A stretch of DNA of 63,927 nt, counting the filler, from Collodictyon triciliatum (Eukaryota), in assembly GCA_043381765.1 (NCBI GenBank). It is 5 parts of 5 records of this genome, joined end to end, with 100 filler letters (N's around TTAATTAATTAA, not from the genome) between each part and the next. Parts side by side here need not be neighbours in the genome. Positions count along the whole stretch, not along the records: positions 34,847 to 52,299 come from JBHJMP010001458.1; positions 52,400 to 59,501 come from JBHJMP010001543.1; 3 more parts are not named here. The stretch is one strand, 5' to 3'. The notes below the pieces were generated by a model that had not been told where the DNA came from, did not search any database, and saw nothing but the letters and a program-made list of their open reading frames with translations. The position numbers were made by a program, and so were the translations under genes. Positions 43,355 to 59,176 of this stretch are shown here, one piece after another; the stretch's first letter is position 1; each line of letters opens with the position of its first letter.

Positions 43355-44285
43355 ATGGCCATCAAGTAAGTCATTTCAGTATCGAGGCTATGCGCGCGAT
43401 AGAATTCCTAATTCAGCCGCAAACCCGAAAATTATTTTGGATCAACACAGCAGGAAAATTTTGCAAATGACTGCTGCGAAATTGATCGAGACCCCAAGAC
43501 AAAGCGAAACAAAGACTCATGATCCACCTTTGCTATTAGAACCGAAACCTGCGCTTTCAGCGGTTTGAAGATCTACCCCGGACACGGTGTTCGCTATGTC
43601 CGTGTCGACTCAAAGGTGAGCTGCAAGTCATACAAATGCACCAACAAAAGTAGGATCGCCCACAACAAATACAAACGAGAAACAGTGAAACCTCGCGTGC
43701 TGAGATGTTATTTCCGAATACCCCAAACGATCGCAATCATATTCAACTAGCTTCTCCACCGCTTTTAGCTCTTCATCTTGTTGAACGGAAAGGCCCTGTC
43801 CGCCTTCAAGTTCAAACGCAACCCCCGCAAGATCCAGTGGACTCTTTTCTACCGCCGCCTCCGCAAGAAGACTGGTGTTGAGGAGACCCAGAAGTCCAAG
43901 ACCCGCCGCACCACCAAATTCCAGCGTGCTATTGTCGGTGCTACCCTCGAGACCATCAACAAGAAGCGTAACGAGCCCGAGCAGACCCGCCAGGCTGCCC
44001 GCGAAGCTGCTCTCCGGTACGCACCGACTCCCCGAAACCTCGCACTTAGCTACAAGCAACTCTCCCCACGCTCCGCACATCCACTGGCATGGTATAGGCT
44101 GAGCATATGTGTAATTTCTGAATTCATTTTATCTATCCAGCGAGGTGAAGGAGCGCAACCGCAAGGCTCAGGCCGAGAAGAAGAAGGCCAAGGAAGCCCA
44201 GGCCCAGAAGGAGAAGACCAAGGGCTCTGCCCAGAAGACCAAGGCCCCGGCTCCCTCCAAGTCCAAGGCTGGCAAGGGCCGTTAA
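43355..44285 (+). CDS. RPL24: 60S ribosomal protein L24 (eL24), four coding exons
   Basis: [37 protein letters not shown]...[18 protein letters not shown]...[12 protein letters not shown]; strong C/G-ending codon bias; Lys/Ala-rich tail. Confidence 0.97.
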
Positions 44286-44551
44286 GCAATTATCGCCCAC
44301 CCGATAAAATCCTAACTGTGCCAGTACAAGCGCATCGCTTGCCTGATTGCGAGTTGCCAGGTAGGAAGAACGAGAGAAAGCGAAATTACCGGCGTCGTTC
44401 CACAAAATAGATACCGTATCTCGTTGCGCATGCCATTTCCGGGGAATATGTTTCAATTTTGTCGAATCTTTCAAAAAAAAAACAAAAAATCTCAAAAATC
44501 ACACCGCGGGTGCCTCGAAGCAGCTCTGGAAGTTAATCAGCCAGCGCAAAG

Positions 44552-45620
<1,069 letters not shown>

Positions 45621-46221
45621 CTCCATACACAGGGCTTAATGGCCTCTGTGTTGGAGCCTCCCCCTCCTCCTCCTGGACATAGCCTCCTCACAGCAGATGC
45701 CGTTGCCAATCATTTTGTGATAATCATAAAGACGCGCAGATTTTTGATGTGTGTGTCCAGCGAGACAAGGCTCCTGGCCGCCATCACCAACCCATCACCC
45801 AAACACACGACGCGTGCGCACCAGAGGCTGAGGCCGATGGGTGTATACACAACCCTGCTGTTTATGCGTCGTGTGATGCGGGGAGGCGGGCCACGATTCC
45901 AAGAGATGTGAGCAACTCATACAAGTACTTGATCGGGTCTGACGAGGCAGCAGCAGAGAGACGGGGATATGTGACGAAGCAGGAGAAGGGAAAAGGAAGA
46001 CGACGAGGGGACATTATCAAAATAGTTGTGGAGCGTCTCTACAATATGACTGATTGATTGTGCTCATCCGTATTGTTGGAAGTAGAGGGTACAATGGAAT
46101 GATAAGTGACGCGCAGCAGCAGAGTCCGGTGGGCGGGTGTCATGCAAATACAGACTCTGTGCGAGTGGGTTGCTGCAGAATTAGGAGCCGTTGTTGGCGT
46201 ACTCGTGCAGCCGAATCCCCA

Positions 46222-49200
46222 TCATCGCATCCGCACCGGCAGCGTCAAAGTCTCGTTGGCTGCTGCTCCCTTCACGGCGTCCTCTTTTTTTCTTGCGGTA
46301 CATGCGCGGCGGATTCCGTTGGATGATTTCCTACATCACATAATGGAATAGTGTGAGGCTGAGTGTTTCTTGTTTGCTGCTCTTGTGACGCCAGAGATTG
46401 CGCCATCGTAGCTTGCAAAACACAAAAGAGAGACTCGCAGGTACGAAGGCCAAAAAAAGAAAAAGAAAACGAAAACTTTTAGTGGTTACCAAGGTTTGCA
46501 CGTAGTCACGTTCCACACGGTCATAAGCCTCCCATAAGTGCCTTTCATATTTGTGCTTTTCAACGTATGGACCAAGTTTTTCCATGAGTTCCTGCTTCAT
46601 CTTCAGGTTGCCTTCAACAACCACAGAGAGCCGCTGTTGTTTCAGCTGCAGTTCTCCCAGTATTTCATCTTCTGCAGTTCCCTAGGTAAAAAATGTTGGT
46701 TTCATGATTGCGAAATAAGCTTGGTTTATTATCTTTTCGCTCTGGAATTGCTTAGTAAGCGTAAAGTACCGGCTCAGCAGTGTCGGGTTTGGCCACATCA
46801 CCGCCTTGGTTAGCTGCAGTTGAAGATTCTACATATTAATTTTTTGTTCGATTGATTTAGCTACGCGCATTAGTTATATTGGTTTGTAACTATATATAAA
46901 AGAGAGGACAGGCTGGCAGTATTAAGATATAATTGAATATCTATTACAGCAAAACACTCACCTTTGGGAACAATATGCGTATCATCTTCCGGTGAATGAC
47001 ACGGCTGTTGGTCGTTTGTGGCCTCTTTGCTAGGGAAAGATGATAAAAGCTGCTGGATAATCCACAGAGGGTCGAATTCATTCTCGGGCGGAGTGGGAAT
47101 ATCGAGTTTCGTCTCTGGAATAGATTCTGTATCATCATCGGGCTATTTTTGAGATAAAGTTTAATAAAACTTACTTAAAAGCTACCTTTCCCTTGAAACG
47201 AATAAAGGGGGGAACTCACTTAAACACCATAATTCATGCGACTACACAATAAGTTGCACATATATTTAAGCAAGTAATATGTGTTGCGGAAGTGTTTAGA
47301 CATGATGAAATTACGTGAGCTTGGGGTTTCAAATCCTGCTGCGTAAGTCCCTGAGCCTTCAGCTCCTCCTCAAGATTTCCTAAGGCCGGTACAAACAGTG
47401 TCCCTTCATCAACTTGGACTGCATTCTGCAGAGATGAGATTAAATGAAATAAATAACCCACATAATGTTAAGATTAATTTCACTTAAATGTTTCTTCGGT
47501 CTAATTGAAGAGGTTTTTTTTTTCCTGCTGGCGAGGAGATTAATTGAATTTCTGGATGTACGCAGCACCTCGTCTTTTAGCAGAGATAGGTCGTTGGCTT
47601 CAAGGTATTTGAAGTATGGCTCCATCTCTTTCCAGAAAGGCACTTCGGGCTTTTCGGCCGGCTTGGGTGTGGGGAGAAGAGAAAACAGGCTGTCCTGATC
47701 AGAATCGGACTCTGCAGGGGCCACTTCCATAGGGGTGTCAGGTAGGCTTCCTGGGCATTCAGTTGGAGTGAATGGAAGTACCCCAACTGGAGCAGCGGAT
47801 ATCGGAGTTGGTGGAAGAGGCGCAACTCCCAGTCTAACCAGAAAGAGAAGGGAAAAATTGTGAGCAAGTTGATATTTGGATCCAATTATAATGGACAAAG
47901 TCTCAGCCCTTCCTTTTTGAAACACAGATATCAAACTATCTTTCAATACCGAGCCGCTGAAAAGTAAATGCAAAAAAAAAAAAAAGAAAAAAAAAGAAGA
48001 AAATAATCAACTCTCAGAATCTCACGAAGTTGGTTTGTCCTTGCGAATATACAGGCGCGGTCTCCCTAATGCAGAAGGGGTTGATGGATTGCTGTTTGGA
48101 AGTCCATGTGGTCTTTTCTGGACATAATTAGATGAGTTAATAAAAAGAAGTTTGTTGCTTCTTGGGGCTGATAAAGTGAAGTCAGTCACTAACAGGAGTC
48201 CTTGGAATCGACAAAAGCTTCGCAGGTGCCCAATGCATGCCAACCACTTTGTTGCCATCAGTACCCGCGATGCCGTCGAAACAATCCCGCTTTGAGTTAA
48301 GGGATGACAGGCAAAATGGAGTCCTGAATGGCAATGTGGAGAGAGAAGGAAGAAGAAAAAAGAAAAGAGTTTGACAACGATAACTTACATATGCTGCAAA
48401 ATAGTTTGTACTTGTACTCTAAGACTTGTAAAATGAAGAGATATTCTTGCGTGCAAATTGAAACCTTGGAGGCACTGAAAGAGAAGGTGTTGCGACATGT
48501 TCGATACTGGAAGAATCCAAAAGGTGAGTTGGTGAAAATTCGACGTGAGTCAACTGATGATTTTGAATATTGGGGTTCATGTGAGATGAGGTCTGGACTG
48601 AGCCATTCCAGTGCTGATACGACACATAATTGGTGTTCTTCTGTAGTCCCATCATGTATGGGTCTTGCGGGTGATTAGAAAAACCAATGGCAGACAAGTC
48701 TATTCCATCTTTTGGAAATACGGGAGCATAGCCAACCTCAGGATGCTCATTCAAGAATTCTGTTGGGTTTGACGATAATGGGAGCCGCCCTCTTCTTTTT
48801 GGAGACTGCTGGCACGGAATTTAAGGTTGGTTAAGTGTTTAACCTCTGATATTATAATCATTTTTAGTATAAAAGTATACAAAGTTGTATATTGCGCAAA
48901 TTCAAGTCAGATATGACATACCAAGATGACTTTTTCTTCCTTGAGAATTTTCCGATACTTTCGAGTCTTTGTTTGATCTGTGTCGCCCGACGCTGAGGTT
49001 GTCAGTATGTCGATAGCCTGGGGAGACTTATGAGCCCGTAGTGTATATGCAAGGTTTACAGGGCGTGAAGGGGAGTGCAAAAGCTCGGCACCGCTGGCTT
49101 CCCATTTCTCGTCATTGTCTTTGTGTATAGCTCCATCAGCGGACACGCCAAATAGTCCATCATTGAGAACCAAAGGATCAAATTCGAGTTCAGTTTTATG

Positions 49201-50730
49201 CTCTGACTGAGAAAAAAATGCATCATTATGTACACTGACACTCTCAGATGTAATGGGGGTGCCGCTCAGGTGATGAGAAGAGAATTGTCTAGACTCATGT
49301 CCGTGCTTCGAATGGTCTCGGCCAGAACGCAAAGTAAGTCTTTGACTTTGCCTTGTGGATGTTGGAGTTGATACAGACTGAGTGGATGAAGGGTTATTGC
49401 TAGATGTGTGCTGATTGTGGATGTGGGAGGCTTCTTCAAACCTCGCAGAGAGGGGCGTTGCTTTGAATGAAGGCGACGCAATGAAACCCGAAAATAAAAC
49501 TCTCTGTTCAGGTTGCGGTGTGGATGACAGGGGCAACCCTAAGGTCTTCTTTGTCTCAGGTATCGACAAGTTCTTGGGTCCTGGGGCGGTAGAGCGAGTT
49601 GCTTCAATCGCAGGCTTTGAACTGCTGGTAGATTTTGTGTGCATTTCGGTTGATTCGCTCAATGCATTTTCTGATACCGTAGATGTATCCATAGTGGAAT
49701 TCTCTGATGTTGACATTTGTGTTTCTGAGCTTTCTGATTCAGTGGACTCTTTCTCCATGTCTTTGTTGTGTTGCTCATCAACCGTATGTGTTACTTCCTA
49801 TTGTGACGACATGAAGATATATGAACATTTGAAATGATGACGCTATCACAATCATGTATACTTTGATGACTCCTGCGATTTTATACAAAAAAAAAAAACA
49901 CTGCGAGATTGTTCTCACTCAATTAAATTATGATGTTATGGGAGGATATATTTTTTAAAATATTTGAATGATATGGCTTAAGAACACGTACATCTCCGAC
50001 TCCAAGTGACTTTGGTTTTCGCCCGGGTTGAGACTCTACAAAATATGAGGATATTATTTTACATGCCAGTGTATGGTCATAGACTAGTGATAATCTTCTT
50101 TCATCTTGAATACATTCTCACTTGTTGAGCCAGTGCTGTTTCTTTTAGACCTGACCCGCTCCAAATATTCTGCCACTTCCCTATCACCATACATCAATTA
50201 AATAACTGGCGAGTGCTGACTGTATCGCATGACATTAACAAGAGGGCGGTTCACGAATTCTATTTGCTATAGTTTGTCTTACTTTGTTGTGCTTCTTCGC
50301 CTTGCAAGAACCCTCTCTGCACGGACAAAGACAAGAAGCAAGCAACAACATAATGAATATTTCTCAAGTAAATGATACGACACGGTGCATTTTTTTCCTT
50401 CTTTTAAAAGAAATCATTTAGTTGAATAAGATGCTCACTCTTCAATTCTGAAAGCTGTGACTCGGTCGACTGGGCACTGGCCTCAGTGGCCTTCGCCTGT
50501 CTGCGCGCACGCTTCTCAACACGAAGCCTTTGCCGCTCCTCCTGTGCTTTCTTTTCTGCAGCCGACTGAATGGCCTGCGTTACACTGCGTGTTCGAATCA
50601 GCTTCTTTTCGGAATCGGCCGTCTCGCTGGCTGTCCCTTTGCCTTGTGGGGACTCGGTCGAGGAGTTCAGTCGCCCAGACTGGCGCGCAGAGCCTTTCTC
50701 GGTCATGCTTGACGACGTGTCATCAGCCAT
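46222..50730 (-). CDS. ADA3: ADA3/NGG1-like SAGA HAT-module subunit with long disordered N-terminus
   Basis: PFWKEMEPYFKYLEANDLSLL; FVPALG; EDEILGELQLKQQRLSVVVEGNLKMKQELMEKL...YERHLWEAYDRVERDY resemble the conserved ADA3 blocks (FW..vEPY, DE.L.EL...Q..L). Confidence 0.7.
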
Positions 50731-51828
50731 GCGAAGGTTGCTGCGTTGTCTGGAGGCTGGGTTGAGGCTGTGCCAATCGGTTGAATGGCCGTGCGAAAAA
50801 GAAAAAGAAAAAAAAAGAAAAAAAAAGAAAAAAAAAGAAAAAAAAAGAAAAAAAAGAAAATTAAAATAAATTAAAATAAGAGATAAAAGGCAAAGATAAC
50901 TTCAATAAAGCAAAATAAAGGAAAGGGCAAAAGCGGTGTTGAAGACGAGGTCAGGTTGTTCGCGTACACGTGAATAGGACTTTGTAGGGAGAATGTGGGT
51001 GATAAGGACACAAATACACAACGAGCAGATGCTTCTTCGAATCACACAATGACTGGACTACCCTTGGAAAAAGGCACAACAAAGGTTTGCTGCACTATGC
51101 TCTGTATGAGGTAACGAATCGTGTGGGGAATTAGGGCAGCCCTCATTGCGCTGGTGTGTCTCGGACTTCTGTGATGAAAGGCCAATGGAAAAAAAAAAGG
51201 TGTGATAACGTGCAGATTATTCCGTCGGAATTGTTGAATTGGGAGTTATTGGTGTTAGTTTCAGTTAATCCAACCGAATTGGGCGTATTTGCGCGGCAAT
51301 CGTCTGTGATGGCTTTGAATAGGCAGAGACTTTGGCTTCTGAGCTAATGTGGAAAATATGATATTTGTTGAGTATGGTTAATGTCATTAGTAGTTGGATG
51401 GATAAATGTCGTCGAGCCTAAATGAAGATTTTATTATATATCATTATTTATATATCATTACGTATAATATGAATTTTTATAGATTCTATAAAGATTTATC
51501 AAGATAAAATAAATAATATACTATAATTTACACATTTAGATACGTCGCTTCACATTGACAACCTGCCTTTGACGCCAAATCAGCCCCATCCACAAAGCCG
51601 CGTCAGTTTTAAAGAAGCAGTCGCGAGTGGGCCGAAAAGCAGGCGTCTTGTGCCGCATAGTTTTATTTTCTCTCTTCCGTACCGAGAGTTGCTTTGTTCT
51701 CTGAAGTGGTAACGAAGCAAATGCGTCTTTTCCTTCCATTTTTCTGACACTCTCACCCAACTCTCCACTGATTCCAAAACACACTCATGGGATAGACAAT
51801 CCCAGCAGAAGAAGGAAAAGCAGACGCA

Positions 51829-52101
51829 ATGTCCGAGGCACAGTCGCAGGTGGCGCAACTCCGAACACTCGGCTCCATTCGCCCGCGTTGCAAACGCATT
51901 CTAGAGCGCTGCATCAGTGGGAAGTCAAAAAACTTCCGCTGCAATCTCGACAGGATTGTGGACGTTGCCGATCGGGTTGTCGCGGCAATACGTCGTGACT
52001 ACGCAACCTTGCAGGAGATTCCTTTCCATTCACGCTGGAGACACTTTGAGGCCGGTGCTGTCAACCGCAAGGACAGGCTCCTGGCGTCTGAAGCTTGGAA
52101 G
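51829..52101 (+). CDS. URC4: URC4/Urg3 (DUF1688) uracil catabolism protein, first exon only (contig ends)
   Basis: LRTLGSIRPRC...NFRCNLDRIVDVADRVVAAIRRDY...IPFHSRWRHFEAGAVNR; IPxHSRWRHF is the DUF1688 signature; followed by a GT donor. Confidence 0.85.
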
Positions 52102-52195
52102 GTTTTGATGTTTACTTATTTACTTATTATTATTACCATTATTAATATTAATGAGTGATAGTTCCTTATGATTTTTCGGGGTATTATGTCCCTTC

Positions 52196-52299
52196 AAAAA
52201 GATAAAAAAAGATAAAAAAAGATAAAAAAAAGATAAAAAAAGATAAAAAAAAGATAAAAAAAAGATAAAAAAAAGATAAAAAAAGATAAAAAAAAGAAA
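52196..52299. repeat. (A6-8GAT)n repeat at contig end
   Basis: Direct inspection. Confidence 0.9.
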
Positions 52300-52399
52300 N
52301 NNNNNNNNNNNNNNNNNNNNNNNNNNNNNNNNNNNNNNNNNNNTTAATTAATTAANNNNNNNNNNNNNNNNNNNNNNNNNNNNNNNNNNNNNNNNNNNN
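52300..52399. other. Artificial contig linker
   Basis: 44N-TTAATTAATTAA-44N. Confidence 0.97.
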
Positions 52400-52414
52400 A
52401 ATATAATAAAAAAA

Positions 52415-52451
<37 letters not shown>

Positions 52452-52521
52452 TTTAAAATCATGCAACTAGTAAGGGCACGAGATTGTTTTTTTTTTCTTT
52501 CTGTATATTGTAAAAGGATAC

Positions 52522-55386
52522 GAAGGTTTCATTTGCTCAGCATCAATCATCGCTGGTCGGTCTTCAACATCAAGAGATGCCATACTTTCGGCTAGCGTAA
52601 CGATGGTAATTTGCATGAGTTAAACATAAAATAAACAAAGAAACGCTGTCTTTGTCCGTGTGATTTAACTTTAAAAAATTAGTGGCATCTCCAGCGACTC
52701 ACAGAAAGGAATGTAGAAATTTTGAAGCAATCCGAGAGGCTCTAAGTCAATCTTGAAGAAGTAAAAAAGAAAAAATTAACTTAACTGGGTATAATTAAAC
52801 AAAAATACATAACACAGATAACATAATGTGAGTAGTTTGGAAGATGTCAAATCACATAGAAATTCTCACAGGTGTTGTGAATGAGTCTGGTACAGAAGGA
52901 AGTCTTATCGATGTGTGACGTGCATCCGAATGTAGGTCAAAATTGTAATTTCTCTTCATTTTTCTCCTACAGCGATAGCTGTCTTCTACTTTGTCCAATT
53001 TCCAGTAAACTGGTTGCAATTTTGAAAGTAAAAAGAAAATTAATTGGAATGACGATGCATATTCCGATCGTATGCACACAAATCCTTTTTCGAAGAAAAA
53101 AAAAGGCATATATTTGAAAAATTAATTATATTCACCTTTATCGAATTTATTGCCCCAAGGCCCTCGTTCAGAGGTGAGTCTTCTTAGTACACGATGCCAT
53201 CTTTTCTAAAAATAAAAAATAAAAATATAAACAAAGAGGCTCTTTATGGGAGGTTCTCTACTGGAAAAAATTTTTGGTAAATTGCTGTCTCGAACAAACG
53301 TCCCAGTAGAAACATGTAAACGAATTCTTAAAATATTAAATAGTATTGTTTTTATTTCTTCCTATGATGGTATAATGCAATTTGCGGGAAATAATACTTT
53401 CAAAAGGCGAGCACTTTCCAAGGAGGCTGTACTTTGAGTTTGCTTTCTGAGTCTCTCGTTTTGTTTATAGAGCTGTAAAGTTGGTTTTGAATCGCTTATA
53501 CTCTTTTTAATCTGAGACAAAACAGCCTAAAGTACGAACAAACCATGTGAGCAATAAAATAACTGTCAAAACAAATGTCACAAAAATGCGATGACGTGGA
53601 CTAAGGTCAAAATCAGAGAAAAGGAGACCTTGAAACTGTCCTCGAATTTTTCAACATTTTTTCGGTATGAATCCAGTTGTCTATCGTACCAAAATCGAGA
53701 CTGAGTCAGAATTTCTGCATTCTAAAGGGAAAAAATGTATCGTTAATCACCAAGCGTATAGCTTAAGGTCACAAGGTTGATACAATATTCACTTTTCGGA
53801 CACATTCATAGGATTTTTTTTCCTTTATTCGATTCAAAGTGACACATTCATAGGATAATATTATATTGAAAAAAATACAATAAGTCTAATTTCTTCCGAC
53901 AAGGCATTTCGGAGCTGCCCTTTTCCTTGATGTGAAATCCAGTTGGATAATGCCTAGGAATTTGTGCCATTTTTTTTTTTCGAATAGAGTTTTAAGATAT
54001 TGTCCCAAAAAGGCCCATAAAAGCAAATCAAAATCATATGGACATTAAATGCATCTGAATTAATTAAAAAATTGAGTACAGGAAATAAATAATGTAACTT
54101 ACTAGATGAGCTGATTCGGTCTCGCCTGGAGGAGTAATTGTGCTTAATACCTGTCGGAGTGATGTTTTTGGAGAACGGACGTACTTTGCACAATCAATTA
54201 TACACCGCGCTAGAAAATCTAGCGTTTTTGGGTCGGTTTCGCTCGATATTGTGTTCCAGTGCCTTCATTAGGGTGTATCATATGAATGAATGATATGGCA
54301 TAATACCGAATAAATGTATATGTAGGGCATAGATGCAGCAGATATCATGCGCATGTAAGGATGCATCACACAAATTCAAAGGGAAATTTAAAAATTTTAA
54401 AAGAACATGTAAGCGTGAAGCATGGAGCTCATGTGTTTCGTTGAGGCGGGCAGTTTGGAAATGAATTCCAGTTTCCTTTCAACGGTGGAGCTACGAAAAA
54501 AAAAAAGTGTAAGAACATAGATATAGCAAGGAATCAAATCTCTCATCAGCGCTAGGTACGATATTTTCTTGTATTTTTTTCCGTCAATACACGAAAGAAC
54601 TGAAAGTTTCATATCACTAGTGAATGAAAAATACCTGAAATCTCGACTGAATGCGTTTAACAAGCGAGTGTGTGTATCTTGCGTCATTATTGTGGTGTTT
54701 CCAGAGGTAATTAAAATGAGCAACCAGTTCATTCTCAGCTCATAAACTGAACCTCTGACAGAATCGAACTTTTTTTCAAAGAAAATATTTTGAATATGTA
54801 AAGATACTAATGATGATATCAGATCTATTTGACATAATTGCGCGATAGTAGATTGTATGTGCATCAAGGGGCATACTTTCTCGAATGTATTTCGCAAAAT
54901 ATCATGCTCTGTGATTTCAATCACAGCAGAAATGATGGGAACCAAGTCATGTCGCGGGTTCGAATAGCGCAACACATAATATTCCTCCAGTGAGATTGTT
55001 GCCACAAGGTCTGCACTCAGGGAATCTTTGATTGAGGCATACTCAATGGTGTCCTAGAGTTTATGATGTGGAAAAATAAGGGGAAAACATTAATTAAACT
55101 CTCTAAAGAAGTTTTTTAAAAGAAAAAACAAAGTAAATGGGGTTTTCTTTTGTTATTATTGGTTTTTAAGAAAATAAATATGATCGTTTTGTAAATTTGT
55201 AGGAAATGTGATTAAAAAGTACGCAATTCCATGACGCTGACCATATCGTAAAGACAGTGAAATCAATATGGTATATCATGTTCAACACATTGGTCAGGAA
55301 TCCTTGTGGTTTACTAAAGTCTTCGCTCTAATAACAATTTACAATCAAGCATCAGTCATAATCATTTTTGGCATTCAACTATATTT

Positions 55387-55457
<71 letters not shown>

Positions 55458-58400
55458 AGAATATGCCTGAGGGATTAACGCGCAAGCTATGAAATTCTAG
55501 GATAATTATGCAAGCTACCAAAGGGGCTCCGTCTGAAAGCTCCTCCGACGATTTCGGATTTCGAATCCTCCCTAAAACTGCATCTAGGATTCGCTTTACA
55601 TAATGCATGCACAGTCTGCTGCGAGTTCTTTTTGACTATTGTGAATAATTGAATAATTAATTATTTCTTTTTAAGAAAAATTGCATTCAATTTTTTGTTT
55701 CTTTGTTTGCTTTTCTTTTTGTTTCAGAGTGCCATAAGTGATAAAATATGGTAACATACCAATGGAAGTGCGTAAAGAAGGGCTGACATGACCATATCCA
55801 CTGCTTTCCAACCCTCCACCTCGTAAATGATTTGGTGTGTGGTATGGAGACACAGGATTTCGATGATGATTCCATTAACGCACTCAAACTTATGCTCTTC
55901 GTTAAAATCTAAGGGCAAAGTACTGCGTGAGGATAGTGTGTTAAAAACGTTGAGTTTTGTACATTGTCAAGTCCACGTTGCAAACCCATATCACTTTCCA
56001 CCAAATTCCTCGTAATCGCATGAATCCAGCTGGTACAATCTCGAATAACAGTTACGTTTTCGTATCTATGGCGGAAGACACATGAGCAAAGAATCGGCTT
56101 TAAAATGATTAAGCGCAAGGTCTCCATATATTTAAACTTTGCAAACCCGCTATTTATGAGAGCAATCCAACTCACAACATACCTCATTTTCATCAAGAGA
56201 TACATGTCTCTTAATGCCACCTGTTTTACCTCGTAATCTGCTTTAATCAAAGCATAAAGCAATGATATATAAGGAGTATTTACATGCAGCTGTATCCCAG
56301 TCGCATCAGACGTTGAGAGTTTTGTGTTCTACAATTCAAAAAAAAAAAAAGACACACATCAGTTATAAGGATATGTAGGGGTTTTCCTTTCCCTCAGGAT
56401 ATTACTGATAGGATGAGAGGCTAACTGTAAGATTATTTTTATATCCAATTTATGTAACGTATTTATGATGAAGATTTGGCTTGTATACCCTAAAGGAGTC
56501 TCTCAGGTTCAGGTAATAATTTCTTAAGATATAATAGGTTGGTAGTAGAATTTTGATCTCTCGAAAGCAATCAGACACATGCAGATTCGCCAAGTCTGAT
56601 TCAACCCTCGACTTACGCCTGTTGCTCTGTGTATTTGATGTTTTGAGAAGGCAAGAGAGCTCCACGAATAGGCTTTGTATCTGCGTTGATTTTTGATAAG
56701 GGATTAACGGTTGAACTGCTTTTGGACAGATTGATTTTTATGGATAGATGCCATTAAAATTGACCACGATGCTTACTTTGAGTTAATCACTTATATTACT
56801 CTTAAAACATACCTTGTCACTACATTCTTCGATTTTGGCAACCAATCCCGTCCACCCAGAGTGAGAGATCAAGTATCGCTGCATCTCAGGATGAAAAGTT
56901 TGGTAGTTGGACAAGACAAGAGATAAGATTTCAACGACTTGCTGGTCATCAGTGCAGTCAAATAGGAAACTAACCAATGCACCAATATCCGGAGGGTTGA
57001 AGGATGATTCATAGTTTTTGAAAGTGTAGATAAGGAACTCTTTAATGATTGTGTCTCTTATAGCTTCTACTTCGCCCGAGAGTGGCCGTTGTCCTTGCTC
57101 TTCCTTCGTTTTTGAATGGAACTTTGGTTCTGTAGCTGCTGACCTTTCCTCTCTTGTATACCAGTAATAAGTTCGCAGAATATCTGTGATTTGCTGGAGT
57201 CCGAATAGTTCTCTCATTTTTGAATGCTGGTCTCGAAACAATTCACCCAGTTTAGAAATCAGATGCATTTGAACGTCAAACTTGATGTAAATCCACAAGT
57301 CAAAATCAAGGAGAAGGTTCTTGATAAGGTCTGCCCAAACCTCGCCAGTTGACAGAGCAGCCTCCATGTCGAAAATTAAGTCCACTGTCTGTTGGTTGAT
57401 ATGTACAGGCGATATGTACTTGAGCAGATATGCAATCAACGAAAATCCTTGCTGTTGTTGAAATTCCAGCCTATTTGTCGTATGTTTTCGTAGCATTTCA
57501 AGGAGCACCGTAAGAACAGCATTCAAATGATTGTTTTCTGTCTGTGATTCGATGTTTGAATGCTTTGATGATTCCTCTTCATTCGTGTATTCCATTTGGA
57601 CGATTAGAGGAAGAACAATCTTGATAAATAAACGATAGAAAAATGAGTGAAAGAACATAGCATGTTTTTTTATATGATTACTAAAATACATATACTGATA
57701 CTTCCTCATAGACCTATAAATGGAGTTCTTATGAAAATAAGCTTAGATTTTAAGTTGAGTGTCTACCTGAATGCCACCGATGCAATATATAACATCTTTT
57801 AGAGATTGGGTGATACAAATAGACACATTTTGCAGTTCACCTTTGTATCCGTTGGATGACAAGTCCATACAATATGTACTATCTCGAGATTTCCCACAAA
57901 ATCCAAACAATAAGGAATTTTTCATATTCCCATCCAAAGCATCAGCTACTTTTACAAAGGAAATCCCGGGATTCAGGTTATTCACATCCACAGTTCTAAA
58001 GTCTGAAAAGTAATTACACCCGAGTTGAAAGTGTGCGGATATCTGGTTTTGGGTGAGTGTGTCGGAGAAAAAGTATACTGAAGCAATCTGACCGAAAAGT
58101 GGATTCTGCCTCAATCGGAATGTATCTGAGAGAAAAAAATGCTTATTAAATAACCATAAATACATGATAAATGGAATATCCTTACAACATGAATTTCGCA
58201 CCTAAAGATGTGGGTATATGAAATTTGAGTATCCTTACTGCCGGATGATATTTTGTAGTTGCTGCCAATCATGCACCTATTTAGGCTCTGGTTGAAGACA
58301 GGATATTTGAAGTTCGAAGAAAACTCGAGTATTCCGTCGATATATAAACGCACTTCGCTTTGTGAGAATATGGTTTTTCCAGCTATATGCACCAGGTGTA

Positions 58401-59143
58401 TGCAGTGCCACCTGTTTTCCAATACAGAGGTGTAACCTAAAAGCTCTTTTGCAGATAATGAAGCCACCTTTTCTTTGGCGAGAACCAGAACTCCTTGTCC
58501 ATTCTTTGAGCCCACAAAAAGGTGCAACTGGTCATTCTGGACACCACAGCCACCAAAATTTAGCCGCACACCAGAGGCATCAGAATGATGTATAACACCA
58601 GATAATTCAATTCGCAAGATTAAAAAAAAAAAAGAAAGAAGTATGTATTAAAGGTATGTATTCACTATTTGACACACGCACAACATTTATTAATTGATCA
58701 GGTAGTAACTTACTCGGAAGAAAAGCTCAATCCCATCACCTTGAGAATCGAGGAAGCTAATATTTATTTATTTTTTTTTAAAAAAAAAAAAAGGGAGAGA
58801 AAGGAAAAGGGTGTGTTACATATTTCTTATGAAAAAGAAATAACGTGTAAATATCTCAAGAGGTTGTATGAACAAATAAATTACCTGAAAAGACGTGGCT
58901 CATAACTTGGTTCTCCCATAGGGTCCTTCAAGGACTCAAGCCGAACCCATGTTGCGAATGTGTAGCCTTTTGATTTTGGAAGTCCTTTTAATTCGGATAA
59001 GACTAATGCCTAATATATCCGAGAAGAAATGAAGAAAACGATTTTAATATTTGAGCAATTCAACTTCTTTTCTTGCTCGTTCAGAGTATTTTGGATATGA
59101 GCCAAAGCCATCTAAGACCAAAAAAAAAAAAAAAAAAAAAAAA

Positions 59144-59176
<33 letters not shown>

